A stretch of DNA of 64,000 bases, taken from Picochlorum sp. SENEW3 (lineage: Eukaryota). Every line of letters begins with the position of its first letter. Position 1 is the first letter of the stretch. Shown here piece by piece: positions 33,405 to 45,492 of the stretch. The notes below the pieces were generated by a model. It saw only the letters and a program-made list of their open reading frames with translations, was not told the origin of the DNA and did no database searches. The DNA lies in contig CP120464.1 of the NCBI GenBank assembly GCA_034226945.1, positions 1-64,000 on the forward strand, written 5' to 3'. Both the position numbers and the translations under genes were made by a program.

Positions 33405-35591
33405 ATGAAGCTTTTGAAGAAGAAAAAGAGCAAGGGCCGTCAGGAGCTCTTCTATTTTGATATAGATGAATTGTCTCCATGGCCTCCGTTGCATGGTCCG
33501 TTGATATTGCAGTGGCAGAGGGGGTCGAAGAGACGGGGCCAGAGTGGGGTGGTCCAGCCAGAGGGCGATGGGGATTCTGAGCCCACGTCATACAAATTTG
33601 GGACTCGGTTTGAGATCCCTGCGACCTTGTATGACAATGGGAAGAAGAGGAAGGATCTGAGTCTGTTTGTGTGCCAGTTGAATGAGAAGGGAAAGGTGGG
33701 GAATATGGTTGGTGCTGTCACCATTGATCTCGTTGGATTGGATTCTCTGACGAGTCAGCCTGCTCGACAAGAGTATATTGTCGAGTGTAGTGAGTCTATT
33801 GCGGAATTGGCTCAAGGTCGGCCTAAATTGAGGATTGGTTTGTCAAAGAGTGGGGGTGTGGAGGGTGATGCCGCAGTGGTTCATGATGAGGGGCAGGGGG
33901 TGAGCAATGATATTCCTATTCCTTCGACGCTGTCGACAGAGGTGAATTCCTCTCAGGCCTCAGGTGGGAATGTTGCGAGTTTGAGAACGATCACGAGTCC
34001 GAGGAGCAAGGTGGTTGTGCCAGAGATGGTGGAAGAGGAGTATGATGAGGACGGGTTTCTGGTGGACGGTAGCAAAGAGAAGAGCTTGTCTTTCATGCCT
34101 GAAGATCGTGAAGACCTCTTGTATTCATCAGGGACAGAGACACGAAAGAATTTGGAGGGTGATTTGGAAAAGGCTATGGATGAGGATACAGAGGATGATC
34201 GGTCTCCGTTCAGGGCGTCAAGGAGGAAACCGATACATGAGAGGCGATTTTCGAGGGATGTGAATTCTTTTGGATCGCTTCAACAGTTTAAAGGTGAGGA
34301 GGATGCCATGACAGGTTTGCCCTCCATGGTGGCAAGCTGCAACTCGACCATGCTGCATGCAAGGGAAAAGGATGAGTCAGGCTATCGCCAGAAGAGAGAT
34401 ATGCAAATTGCTGCTGCTGTAGAAATGTCAGTTTGGGCTGCTGGTGCGAGTTGGGGATCCGATCGGCCCGGAGAAATGCCGAGGGGCGACAGGATGCAGG
34501 CCCCGGCTCGAAGGCTTGCGCGCACAATCATCAGGCTTGGGGAAGAGGATGGTCCCAAATTTATGGATCAAGCCCTGCATATGATTAAAAAGTCCTGTGT
34601 AGCATCTCTTGGGGATGTTCATCGAGTGATGATGATGTGGTCATGCATGGTCACGCTGCGATGGTCATTTTGGACATTGGTGGACAAGAGCCGACCTGCT
34701 GAGACACTCATGGCTGGCTTCGAGTGGTTGCAAGAGATAATTTGCCCCCGAATAGAAGCCGTGGAATCGTGGCTTTTTGATACATTGTTATCATACCTGT
34801 GGACAGGAAAAATGATGAGAGATTTGCAGGAATGCAGAGACGCTGACAGCCTTGACCAACTTGTGACTGATTACATGGGCGTGCTACGCACGGCACTGGG
34901 CGTGCTTGAAGATAGAAGTCGACCTGCTCCGTGTTCGAAAACTTTGAAAATGGTATTGAAGAAACAGGTGTTACACGGTATTCGTGTGAAGCTGGATGCG
35001 TTCCTGCTGAGTGAGTTGCTGGAGCAGCGTGTGTCCTGCTTTCGTCCTGTCACCTCACCCTTGGGTCTCGAGCTCAAGATATTCATCGATAAAATATCGA
35101 CATGGTTTGAGAGCGATGCAACCAGTACGAGAGAATTTGGTCAAGAAGAATGGTACAATGCACAGCAGGACACCAAGATGGATAGTGCATTGCCACGCAT
35201 GGCAAGCGCAGCCAACGTGATTGTTGCTCAGAAATCCTCCCTCCTAGATGCTGAGGCTCGTGATCGGATTGCGCCCCACATATCCCTGGCGTCTGCATGC
35301 AAGATTTTAAAAAACTATGAATCCACAAAAGAGGATGCAGAGAATGTGGAGGAGATTGTTGCAGCTCTGAAATCTCAAGCAAGGAGCAAGATTGATCTGA
35401 AAGAATCCTCTGAAGCCATGGATTCGGTACAGTATGTTGTCCCGCCTGAAGACTGGCTATCGCAACAGGGCATTATCCAGCCTCTATCTCTGGAGATGAA
35501 TGCAGACTCTGACGAAGAATTGGAATCGTTTGAATCGGTCAGTTCTGGGGAGAGATTTACATATTTACGTGAATTATGGTCAGTTAATTGA
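33405..35591 (+). CDS. NT-type C2 domain protein (EEIG1/EHBP1 N-terminal) with helical, possibly DIL-like C-terminus
   Basis: LSPWP...LILQWQRG...FEIPATLY...VGAVTIDL; later APARRLAR and LDAFLLSELL...GLELKIFI. Confidence 0.7.
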   Translation: MKLLKKKKSKGRQELFYFDIDELSPWPPLHGPLILQWQRGSKRRGQSGVVQPEGDGDSEPTSYKFGTRFEIPATLYDNGKKRKDLSLFVCQLNEKGKVGNMVGAVTIDLVGLDSLTSQPARQEYIVECSESIAELAQGRPKLRIGLSKSGGVEGDAAVVHDEGQGVSNDIPIPSTLSTEVNSSQASGGNVASLRTITSPRSKVVVPEMVEEEYDEDGFLVDGSKEKSLSFMPEDREDLLYSSGTETRKNLEGDLEKAMDEDTEDDRSPFRASRRKPIHERRFSRDVNSFGSLQQFKGEEDAMTGLPSMVASCNSTMLHAREKDESGYRQKRDMQIAAAVEMSVWAAGASWGSDRPGEMPRGDRMQAPARRLARTIIRLGEEDGPKFMDQALHMIKKSCVASLGDVHRVMMMWSCMVTLRWSFWTLVDKSRPAETLMAGFEWLQEIICPRIEAVESWLFDTLLSYLWTGKMMRDLQECRDADSLDQLVTDYMGVLRTALGVLEDRSRPAPCSKTLKMVLKKQVLHGIRVKLDAFLLSELLEQRVSCFRPVTSPLGLELKIFIDKISTWFESDATSTREFGQEEWYNAQQDTKMDSALPRMASAANVIVAQKSSLLDAEARDRIAPHISLASACKILKNYESTKEDAENVEEIVAALKSQARSKIDLKESSEAMDSVQYVVPPEDWLSQQGIIQPLSLEMNADSDEELESFESVSSGERFTYLRELWSVN

Positions 35592-35611
35592 TTTTGGTTT
35601 AAAAACAAGTT

Positions 35612-36499
35612 TCAATTGGACTGCCCTGGGCTCTCGAACGCCCCCCACTCTTCTTCTGTAGAGTAGCTCTTCCCTGCTGTTGGTGACCCGCCTACCTTTG
35701 GAGAATTGCCCTGAGAGCTGGGTGCCAATGCTGCCTCCATACCTCCCTGAGGATCAAACATTAAACTAAACGTCTTTGCCAACTTTCCATGTTTATTCCT
35801 ACTCACAAATCCTCCTCCAGAATGAGATGCTGCGTGATTAGCATTCAATTTCAACTGCATCGTCTGCCCCGATTTCAGGGCCAAATCATCACTATGCTTT
35901 ATTGCACTGCCATGGTGGCCACCTGTCCCCTCACCCATTGCAGGCTCATGGGCCTGCGCCTGCATTTCTTCAGCTCTATGCTTCCTCTCCAAATACTGCT
36001 GATAATCAACCAAAGAGGTATAGAAATCCGCCGCAACGTCTCGCTCGGCGAATCCAAGACCAATAAAAGCATGCTTTCCGCTCTCTGGATCCACTACCCG
36101 AATCACAAAATACCTACTGCTATCAATCACCCGTTCCACACAGGTATGCAACGGCACAGATACCGGACACTCCGCCCACATATCCCCACTGGCAGGATCC
36201 TGCAACTGAATATATGCCAAATCTTCCGATCCTACCATCTTTTTCACAAACTTCACACTGACTTCAGCAAGCCAAGTGCCCACGTTCCAAGTCTCCGCCC
36301 GGTGACCACTCTGCGCGATAGGTATGATGTAAATAAGCATATATCTGATCACGGGACCAACACAATGAGGCCAACGCGGTACATAATACTCAGCAAGGCG
36401 ATCAGACGAATTTGGAAAACATACCGTGGTAGCAGGTGGAACTCTGTATACATAGCCCTGATCGGATGAGAAAAGATTGATTTCAATGGTATCCGACAT
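35612..36499 (-). CDS. NECAP: Adaptin ear-binding coat-associated protein (NECAP); intron 36424-36311
   Basis: YVYRVPP, GHRAETW, VERVIDSSRYFVIRV, HAFIGLGFAER, LALKSGQT, C-terminal WGAF. Confidence 0.9.
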   Translation of the reverse strand: MSDTIEINLFSSDQGYVYRVPPATTVCFPNSSDRLAEYYVPRWPHCVGPVIRYMLIYIIPIAQSGHRAETWNVGTWLAEVSVKFVKKMVGSEDLAYIQLQDPASGDMWAECPVSVPLHTCVERVIDSSRYFVIRVVDPESGKHAFIGLGFAERDVAADFYTSLVDYQQYLERKHRAEEMQAQAHEPAMGEGTGGHHGSAIKHSDDLALKSGQTMQLKLNANHAASHSGGGFVSRNKHGKLAKTFSLMFDPQGGMEAALAPSSQGNSPKVGGSPTAGKSYSTEEEWGAFESPGQSN

Positions 36500-36699
36500 T
36501 TTTACAAGATTATATAACTGAAATCGATGTGTTCCAGGGCAATTTGACGTGTCGGGAAATCCTGGACTTGCAAGCTTGCAATTGCGCCCTGCAGGGCCAG
36601 CTGGCCCGGGGATCTTTTCCATGCATTCATGCCACCCTGCGAGACTGAGAGATTACTAAAGAATAGTATTCCTTGCAATAATAGTAACGCGAGTGCAGT

Positions 36700-38534
36700 A
36701 TGGGTGCGCTGTATTGCAGACAGTTTGCAAGACAAATGACAAAATTATATTCCTTGAAGCACCGTGGACTGGTCAGACACCGTTGGGGCTATTCGAGCAC
36801 ATCAAGTCGCTCTGCCTTGAGTAATAGGTTGATATATTCTAGACTTAATGATCGAAACTCCTGTGGGAGGGAGGGAACGGGTTGGAATGCTGGGGTTATT
36901 GCTGCCCAGGGGAGGAGCATTCACTCAGGGTTTGTCGTGGCAGCAGGGTTGTCATTTGGGTCAGATGATATCACGGTGGATGTAGGATTGATGGTGGAAG
37001 GAACGGATGTCGGGAATGGTCTGGACATGGATGCTCTGGCGGAATCCTTGTCTGCTGATGCAGTGCGCATTACGCAGCAAGCTGCGGTTGTGTTGTCAAG
37101 GGCCAGAGTAGATGATGGGGAAGAAATCGTCGACGTTCCTGGTCCATTAGAAGTTTCTCTGGTGCTGTGTGACGATGAGTACATTCGTGCTCTGAATAGA
37201 GAGTGGCGAAATGTTGACAAGGCGACAGATGTATTGGCCTTTGAAATGGGTGATGATGGAGAGGATCTTTCGTGCGAGTCTGAGTGCCCGTTGCCGTTTA
37301 TTACTGACGAAGAATCTGATGATGTGCCTGTGATGAATGCATCCCTTCCTGTGGTGATGCTTGGGGACATTGTCATTTCAATAGATACTGCAAAGAGACA
37401 GGCAGAGGAGAGGGGGCATTCACTTTTGGATGAATGCAGGATTCTTTTGGTGCATGGTGTTTTGCACCTTCTTGGATATGATCATGAACATGGAATCGAA
37501 GAAGCGGAGGAAATGCATCAGGCGGAGACATTTATTTTGAAAGCATTGGGCTTTGACGTTGAAAGTGGTCTGATTGGGTTTGGTCAAGGTGGGAATTCCC
37601 CATGATGGATGGATGATTCTTTGGTCTAGACGCTAATGTTTTCTTACCTGCAGCGCAGGATCCCATCATGAGGAGAAATCGTAGCAATACAGAGATAAAA
37701 TTGATTACAATTGACATGGACGGGACCTTGTTAGATTCAAAAAGCCAGTGCTTGTCATCGTCTGTCGAGGCCATCAGATTGGCGCTTGATCGGGGAGTGC
37801 GTGTGATTTTAGCCACTGGAAAGGCACGGCCTGCCGCAGTAAAAGCTATGGAGAAGGTAGGATTGGCAGGAGATGATCTGGTTGTCAGTTCCCAGACTGC
37901 TGGAATTTTCTTGCAGGGTCTTCAAGTCTTTGGGGACAAAGGACAAGTGATTGGTGGCTCCACGTTAAACCAGTCTGTCTTGCAAACAGTACTGCAATAT
38001 TCCATTGATAACAACATTAGCGTGTGTGGATTTCAAGGCGATGCCTGCGTGACGCCGTTCATGACCTCTGACATTGAACTCCTTCATGAGAGGTATTACG
38101 AACCATTGGCTGCTGTCCAGCCATCTGTTGATCTCATTGCACGTGGCCCTCCGATTTATAAACTACTTCTGATGTCTGATAAAAAAACAATAGATGCCAT
38201 AAGACCTCACATGGACGAGGAAATTCTGCGTGGACATCACGCGACGACGATGCAAGCTGTGGAGACAATGTTGGAAATCGTTCCCCCAGGTATAAATAAA
38301 TGGACTGCTTTGAAAGTTGTGTCTAGTCATTTAGATACTCCTGTGGACTCCATTATGGCGATTGGAGATGGAGAAAATGATTTGGAAATGATTACTGGTG
38401 CGGGATTGGGCATCGCCATGGGCAATGCGGTCGACAAAGTCAAAATAGCTGCTGATCATGTTGTTGCATCCAATGATGAACATGGCGTCTTTGAGGCTAT
38501 AGAAAAATTTGTACTGTACAATGAAAGACACTAA
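36700..38534 (+). CDS. ybeY: Endoribonuclease YbeY fused to a Cof-type HAD hydrolase, organellar; intron 37589-37653
   Basis: LNREWRNVDKATDVLAF, LGDIVIS, HGVLHLLGYDH; then DMDGTLL, ATGK, GDGENDLEM. Confidence 0.93.
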
Positions 38535-39885
38535 CAAACCTTATGAATCCAACCAAATGTATCTGGAATTCTCTCTTGCTGCAATCCCGTGAGAGACTCA
38601 TACAATTCCAAGGCAGTAGCTGTTGGCTCTCCATTCTCCCCAAAATCTCTCCGAGTGCCTTTGTAGGTAAGGCTTCCTACTGCCGACAAGACCACCGCAG
38701 TTCCAGTCGTAAAGATTTCATCGGCCTCCATTGCTGACTCTATAGACACGGGTTCTTCTTTCACTTCATATCCTTTGCTTCTTGCTAGTTCAATCACCGA
38801 TCTTCTTGTCACTCCTGGCAAAATACTGCCACTGATGGGAGGCGTGGAAATCACATTTCCATGTTTGACAAAGATATTGCAGCTAGAGACTTCTTCGAGG
38901 TATTTGTCGTGCTTTGCATCCAGGTACACAACGTCAGAGTAACCCTCTTTTTTGGCAGCCAATTGCGTCACAAGCACGGGGGAGTAGTTCCCTGCAGCCT
39001 TGGTGCCACCCATGCCTCGTGGCGCAGACCTATGAAACTCGGTATCAACTTTCAAATGAATCGGACTCAGCTGCCCCCCTTTGAAATATGATCCTACAGC
39101 AGCACAATAAATACAAAACGTATACGATGGAGCAGGCCCAAGCCCAAGAATCGGCCCAGTCCCCATGAGCAAAGGACGGAGATACAGGGCCCCCTTCCCC
39201 AGCGGAGGCACCATGCTGGCGTTCGCCCTAACAACATCTTCTACTGCCGATACAAACTGTTCTGTCGATGGTGCAACCATAGATAGCCTTTTTGCCCCCT
39301 CTTGCATCCTCTCAGCATTACAATCAGGCCTGAAAAGCACAATGTGCCCCTCAGCAGTTCGCTGGGCCTTCATGCCCTCAAAGACAGACTGCCCATAATT
39401 CAGGACCTGCGCCGACGGATCCAACTGCAACGGACCATAAGGCTGAAGATTTCCGCTCCATTCCGTACCATCTGCCTCGATCGAAGCCACATACATCGTG
39501 TCCGCTACATTTGCCAAACCAAAACCAAGGGAATCCCAATCAATGTCCGGAGAAGGAGCGGTGCTTTGAGCGGCACTGCTCGCACGAGTACTCAAGTCAC
39601 ATGCGTCAGTATATTTTGAGATCAAATATCTGCAAGTACAGCCCATCCTATGAGCATATCAGCCATAAACAATTGATGCAAAGAGAATCGCACCTTTTCC
39701 TCCTCTGAAGTCCAGGAAGCCTGTGAGGGACATCATATCTACATTCACACAGATTTAAAGCATTCATACTGTCTACGGGGGTGCTCAGAGACTGAAATAG
39801 GCGATTCTTACCGAACTCTTTGAGCGGCGTCGCTGCTGGGCATAACAGCGCCGCTGGTCAATAAACTCAAACGACAGATACCCAT
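38531..39885 (-). CDS. BCAT: Branched-chain amino acid aminotransferase; exons 39885-39812, 39720-39694, 39629-38531
   Basis: LNYGQSVFEGMKA, LYLRPLL, GGTKAAGNY (PLP Lys), EEVSSCNIF, ILPGVTRRS. Confidence 0.93.
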
Positions 39886-40076
39886 CTTGAGAATTTAGTG
39901 TTAAAAGATGATGTAGAATATTGTTTTGGTTGAATCTGGTGGCGTCGTCTTCATTTTGTATGGTGGGTCATGACCCACATCATGGAATCCCCTGATCTGC
40001 ACATCTGGGACATTGTCATGGGCAGCGATGGCCTCCTATCTGGGTGTATAAAATAGATACGTATTTCAATACGACA

Positions 40077-41195
40077 ATGCACGTTATTTGCCAGCGATCT
40101 GTGGCAGGGAACCGCCTTGTGTCAGCCACACAGGGACAAGGTCTCAGGCCTGTGTTCGGTGGGCTTGGATGTTCCGGGAATCTGAGGGCTGATTTTCAAA
40201 AACAAAACCATACTAGACGTGAAAAGAAGGCTGCTGCGACATTCGTGCGGGCAGAGGCGGGGAAGGCTCTCTCTGTGCTCGCTTCCTCGTCTGTTGGAGG
40301 GAAGACTGTGGCTGTTACTGGAGCCACGGGGCTGATTGGGAGTCGATTGGTGGAGATATTGGTTCAACAAGGATATTCAGTCCGGGTTTTGACGAGAAAT
40401 CCAGCTGCAGCAAAGTCCAAGTTGAATATTGAGGGTCTTCAGTACGCTTCTCCAACGCAGTGGAAGGCTGCCATTGCTGGGTCGACTGCAGTCATTAATT
40501 TGGCCGGGGAGCCCATTGCGACAAGGTGGAGTGCAGAATTGAAAGGAGAAATCAAAAGATCGAGGGTGCAGGTCACCAAGAGGGTTGTGGATGCAATTAA
40601 CAGTCTCCCTGAGGGAGACAGACCAGAAGTTTTGATCAATGCATCTGCAGTGGGATTCTATGGAACGAGCGAGTCAGCGACGTTCAATGAGTCGTCTTCT
40701 TCCGGAAACGATTACCTTGCTGAGGTCTGCCGTGAATGGGAGGACGCAGCGCTGAAGGCATCGTGTAGAGTGGTGATACTCAGGACGGGCATTGTCCTTG
40801 CGCGAGAGGGGGGTGCCCTGGCAAAAATGGTCCCAGTCTTTTCCATGTTTGCGGGGGGTCCACTGGGTAGTGGGAAGCAATGGTTTTCCTGGATCCACAG
40901 AGACGATGTGGTGGGCATGATTATGAATGCAATTGGCGACTCATCATGGGAGGGTGTGTTCAACGCAACTGCTCCTAAACCAGTTCGCATGGGAGAGCTT
41001 TGCTCTGCCCTGGGGGAGGTGATGAGCCGCCCTTCCTTTGTCCCAGTCCCTGATTTTGCGTTGAAGACGCTGCTCGGTGAGGGGGCTCAGGTAGTGTTGG
41101 AGGGGCAACGAGTGTTGCCAAATAAAGCCCAGAGCTCTGGGTACCAATTCAAGTACACTGATGTGCAAGATGCTTTGAAAAACCTTTTAAATTAA
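40077..41195 (+). CDS. Epimerase family SDR39U1/TIGR01777 homolog, chloroplastic (GC1/SulA-like)
   Basis: VTGATGLIG, VINLAGEPI, ASAVGFYG, LRTGIVL, GSGKQWFSWIH, LEGQRVLP. Confidence 0.9.
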   Translation: MHVICQRSVAGNRLVSATQGQGLRPVFGGLGCSGNLRADFQKQNHTRREKKAAATFVRAEAGKALSVLASSSVGGKTVAVTGATGLIGSRLVEILVQQGYSVRVLTRNPAAAKSKLNIEGLQYASPTQWKAAIAGSTAVINLAGEPIATRWSAELKGEIKRSRVQVTKRVVDAINSLPEGDRPEVLINASAVGFYGTSESATFNESSSSGNDYLAEVCREWEDAALKASCRVVILRTGIVLAREGGALAKMVPVFSMFAGGPLGSGKQWFSWIHRDDVVGMIMNAIGDSSWEGVFNATAPKPVRMGELCSALGEVMSRPSFVPVPDFALKTLLGEGAQVVLEGQRVLPNKAQSSGYQFKYTDVQDALKNLLN

Positions 41196-42939
41196 TCAAT
41201 CACTTGTATTTTTGTCAACTCCATTTCCATTTTCTGTCTTTTGTTTCTTCTCTACAGGCTCTTTGATGATTCTTCCGTGCTTTGTTTTTGGACCCCAGCG
41301 TTCTGGATTTCCCACAAATCTAGCAATCTTGTTTTTCCCCTTCTTGTCTGGAATAATTGCAGCTGATACCCTAGAAAAGTCTGCAATATGTACAGGATCT
41401 TTCGACAGTATCGTATGGGCATGAGACCCCTCCTTGACATTGACTGGATGCTCCTTTACCCAGCATCTCAAAATATCCCAGATGAGGGCCCAAGGGGCAT
41501 CTGTCTTGATCCCTGTTCTCAGACAATGAGTTGGGGACGCCCTATATCCCGCATTGATGATTGCAGATTTGAAGGCTTCTTGTCGTGGAATGGAAGCCCG
41601 CAGGGTCTTGCATGCCTCGTGCAAATCCAGATACAGTGGCACATCGCTCAATTCCTCTGAGCAGTTGACCAAGATTCCACGGACCTTGTCGAATGATTTG
41701 AACTTCTCTTTGTTCTCTTGTAATACTTCCAAAACGCCTTCAATCCATTCTTTGTTGTGGATAGGCTCTGACCAAATGGGACCTCCGACAGTGTATGAGG
41801 CTCCAGTCTCTGGGCATTTCTGCTGCACTGGGGGACCAAAGCCAGCGCCATATTTCTTGCTGTTTCCTCTCTCAAACACTCTACCAACTTGCATCAGCTC
41901 GAATGAATCACATCCTTGGCTTTGGAATACATATGAGTGCTTGAGTGCTGTGTTTTTAGCCTCTGCCGGAGAGGTGTAAATTCTAACAAACACCCTCACA
42001 TAGAAATCAATGGACAGGGACAGCACCGGAACAATATGACGTTTATGCCTCGCAGCAGCTGTACTTATTGATGATAGCAGTATTCTAATCGCTTGTTCGT
42101 GGCAATACGGTTTGTGCAAAGGATATGCCCCATACTTTGCATACCCAGCTTCTCCATTGTTTCCGCACAGCACAGCCATATCGGTAGCTGTGCACAAAAG
42201 AATACCACCCTCGGAGACACAAGAAACTGCTGAATCCAGTAGAGTACAAGGCGAGCCGTACGGGTCCAGGTCAACCACATCAAACGCTCCAGGATTCTGC
42301 AACATGACCATCCTAGCATCTCCTACAGAAGGCTGCACCTTCTGGGCGACATCAGCCCCGTTAAATTCGATATTTTTCTTCATCATCTCGACCACCTCTG
42401 GGTCCAGATCATTCGCTGTAATGTGCTTCACATTGTTCACCTCCTTGGCATACCTGATGGACCGCAACCCACTGGCAGCCAACCCTTCCAAAATGCGCAG
42501 TCCCTCTTCTCTATTGGGCACCCCTTTGCTTCTCTGCAATCTACTAGGTTTGAAAGTTTCCGTCTTCCGAACCTTCTCAAAGTAATTGATGACCGCAATC
42601 GACAGGTCTCGGTTCACCACTTGCGCTGGGTTGTAAAACACCTCGTTGCCCTTTTGCAATATTGTCGCCTCTCCCTCTGATTGAGCAGCATATCCCTCTG
42701 GAATATCTCTAAATAAACCAAGAAATAAGCTTGATGAGTCGATGGCTCGGGAAAATCGACAGCGACCAGGACATGCAAGAAACGTACCCACGAGTCGCCA
42801 TATCGCCAGTACCCTCCAATACCGCCCAATCTGGTTTTAAAACGGTAGTTGATAAACTTGATCTGAGAAAATCAACCCAAACACGTGCTGTTGTCGCTGC
42901 TCTGATGCCCTGTCTTTTCCTGACACAAGACCCCAGCAT
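41196..42939 (-). CDS. TRM1: tRNA (guanine26-N2)-dimethyltransferase; exons 42939-42788, 42708-41196
   Basis: VFYNPAQVVNRDLS, LEGLAASGLRSIRY, VDLDPYGSP, LSIDFYVRVFV, GIKTDAP. Confidence 0.93.
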
Positions 42940-43134
42940 GCAACGTACAACTTGGCTTCTTCCACGCTTCCAACCCACAGAGACGTAACTTGTGCAAGCC
43001 AGAACAGTAAATTGTTCATTCAATATGAATGCAGCGGTACACGGTATTCAGGATAAGAGTATCTGTTTTTTTTTCCTTATTCAGGAATCTCCGCTGGGCA
43101 AATTTCCCCCAAAAGGTCCAGATCCGCATTATGT

Positions 43135-44353
43135 ATGCTCGGAAACAATTGCATAAAATGTCAGATCGGTGATATGATCAGTCTATGTCGTTCTAGACTG
43201 TTCAAGACAGTTGCTCAACATTCTCGTTCAGCATGTCTCTCCTCGACGCCGGGTTCTGTCGAATTAGGTCGAATTCAAGCTTCATCGAACCCTCAATTAC
43301 CTTTATGTGAGCGATCTGCAGAGTATATTGAAAGCGCTGCGACTGTGTCGAAGTGGTACCGCGAGGTTTCCAACAGTCTTGTCCAGGTTGGGGATGAACT
43401 GCAGAAAGACGGGGGGCCAATGTACGATGATCTGGTGACTGAGCTCGGATGGCTGATGGAAGATGCTGTGGTTGGATGGAAAGAATTTGCAGCGTCCCAG
43501 GAACGCAAGATGGCATGCGCAGGGAGCGGCAAGAGTAGAGAAGATGCCATGCTCAAGTTGCGGATATCAATTGTAGAATTACGTACGTGCGTGTGACTAT
43601 AATAGATGCAACAACGCTGCCTTTTTTTTGAGATTTCATGTTTCTACAGGTGAATTATGGGAGAAGAGGATCGTGGAGCGAGTGCCTTTGCAGTACCTCA
43701 CATGCAGTGCCTTTTGGAGAGATATGGTGCTCTCAGTGGGTCCAGGGGTTCTCATTCCTCGGCCTGAGACTGAGCTCATGATCGATTTTGTCCAGCATGT
43801 AGTTGAAAATCATCCTCACTTGGCGTCAGGAGAATGGGTCGATTTGGGGACGGGAAGTGGGGCACTGGCGGTGGGCATGGCCAGGGCCATGCCTGCTGCA
43901 CAGGTGATTGCTACTGACCTCGCTCCAGAGCCCTTGCGATATGCGTCTTTCAACGCCACGCGGTACAAAGTATTTGATAGGGTAGATGTAATAGAGAGCA
44001 ACTGGTTCGATGGGTTGCACGAGGCAGGGATTTCAAACGTGGCTGGTATTCTGAGCAATCCACCATACATTCCAGCACAGGACGTGCCTGCCCTCCAAGC
44101 AGAAGTTGCTCTGCACGAGCCTAGATTAGCATTAGACGGAGGTTCTGACTTGGCCATCGATAGTTTGATGCCTATTTGCCGGGGAGCGGCAGAAATACTA
44201 CAACCTGGCGGTTTTATTGGATTAGAAACAGGAGGTGGTGAACAGGCGCACTATGTCTCGCATGTGCTGGAGCATCTATCTGCCTTTCACCACATCACCA
44301 TACGTCGAGATTTGAGAGGTGTCGAGAGATTTATAAGTGCTTTTAAAAAGTGA
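43135..44353 (+). CDS. prmC: Release factor glutamine methyltransferase HemK/PrmC, organellar; intron 43583-43649
   Basis: RVPLQYL, VLIPRPETE, DLGTGSG, SNPPY, HEPRLALDGG; start could be ATG 43174. Confidence 0.92.
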
Positions 44354-44365
44354 AAAGGATATTCG

Positions 44366-45457
44366 TTACAGTTCTTCCTTGCTAGAAGACGAATTCATGG
44401 AGGCTGTGGTGTTCTCTGCTGCTGTCTCATTTCCTTTGGAAATCATATTCCGAGTATTATGTACATTCAAAAATTCAAACAGCTCGTCCCTGTATTTGAA
44501 TGCATTCCTCTTCACTGCTTCTTGTCCAGGAGAATGGGTGTACAATACCCACGTCAACGCCGCCACAGACCCAGCCACACTCACCCTCGTCACCCAATGC
44601 CATGCCAGCGCCCTCATTGTGCTTGTGTCGGGTTCCTCGATCGCAATCAACGGAAGGAACAACTCCGATACCGGTTTGTTATCATCTAATACATTTGGAA
44701 GCACCCATACCGTGTTTCCAGTGAAAATATAACTCGTGAGCGCAATAAAGGCCCTCACCAACAGGGCCCCAATCAACACCACCAGCAATCCAGACAACAT
44801 GTAGACCACACCAATCTTGATCCATGATGGCGCCACCGGGAACAGACACACCAAAATCACCCCAACAGCACACAACGCAGATACAATGTACACCCACGTC
44901 GGCGTAGGCTTGTCAAACGTCCAGCAGTAGAAGGCAGCCTCCTCAAACTTTTGGCTGTCCGGACCCTGCACCGGCAACACCTTTTTGGGAAACTTTATCA
45001 GCCTCTTCTGCCCAGGAGGAGGCTTCAGAAACTTCCTCTGACACTTCACCAGCAATCCCCGTCGAATGAGCAGCCCAGCTGCCTCCTCAATGCGCTTCTC
45101 AACCGATGAAGAATCTGCCATGACACGTTTTCCCCGTCAACCACCACCATATACTACGCAATTCCTAGGATTCACACACATACCTTTTCTGGATATCACA
45201 TTCGACACTGCTTCCGGGTTATCTCTGCACCAGCGAGCAAAATCCTTTCCCCGAAAGAGGTCCAACCGATCAGTCTGCAACACCGCGCTTCTGCTCTCTA
45301 TTCCATTCTTCCCCCTCAGAATTTCCGCAAACACATATAGAGATTCGTCCTGTAGCCAGAATCAGTCCATCGTTCATCACAAGCATTACACACAGAGACA
45401 CACAAGGCAAGGAGAGAAAGACGTTGACTCTCGACAAACGACACGCACATCTGCCAT
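44366..45457 (-). CDS. SEC62: Translocation protein SEC62; exons 45457-45449, 45349-45184, 45114-44366
   Basis: RLDLFRGKDFAR, KFPKKV, ILVCLFPVAP, two TMs, WVLPNVLDD; two GT-AG introns restore frame. Confidence 0.85.
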
Positions 45458-45492
45458 GCTATCTATCTTACAATTACAATTGCATTATTGGA

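Noticed and set aside
39777..39830. GGGGTGCT...CTGAAA resembles a TPP riboswitch start
   Set aside because: No CTGAGA or AACCTGA core, and it is antisense to the BCAT intron
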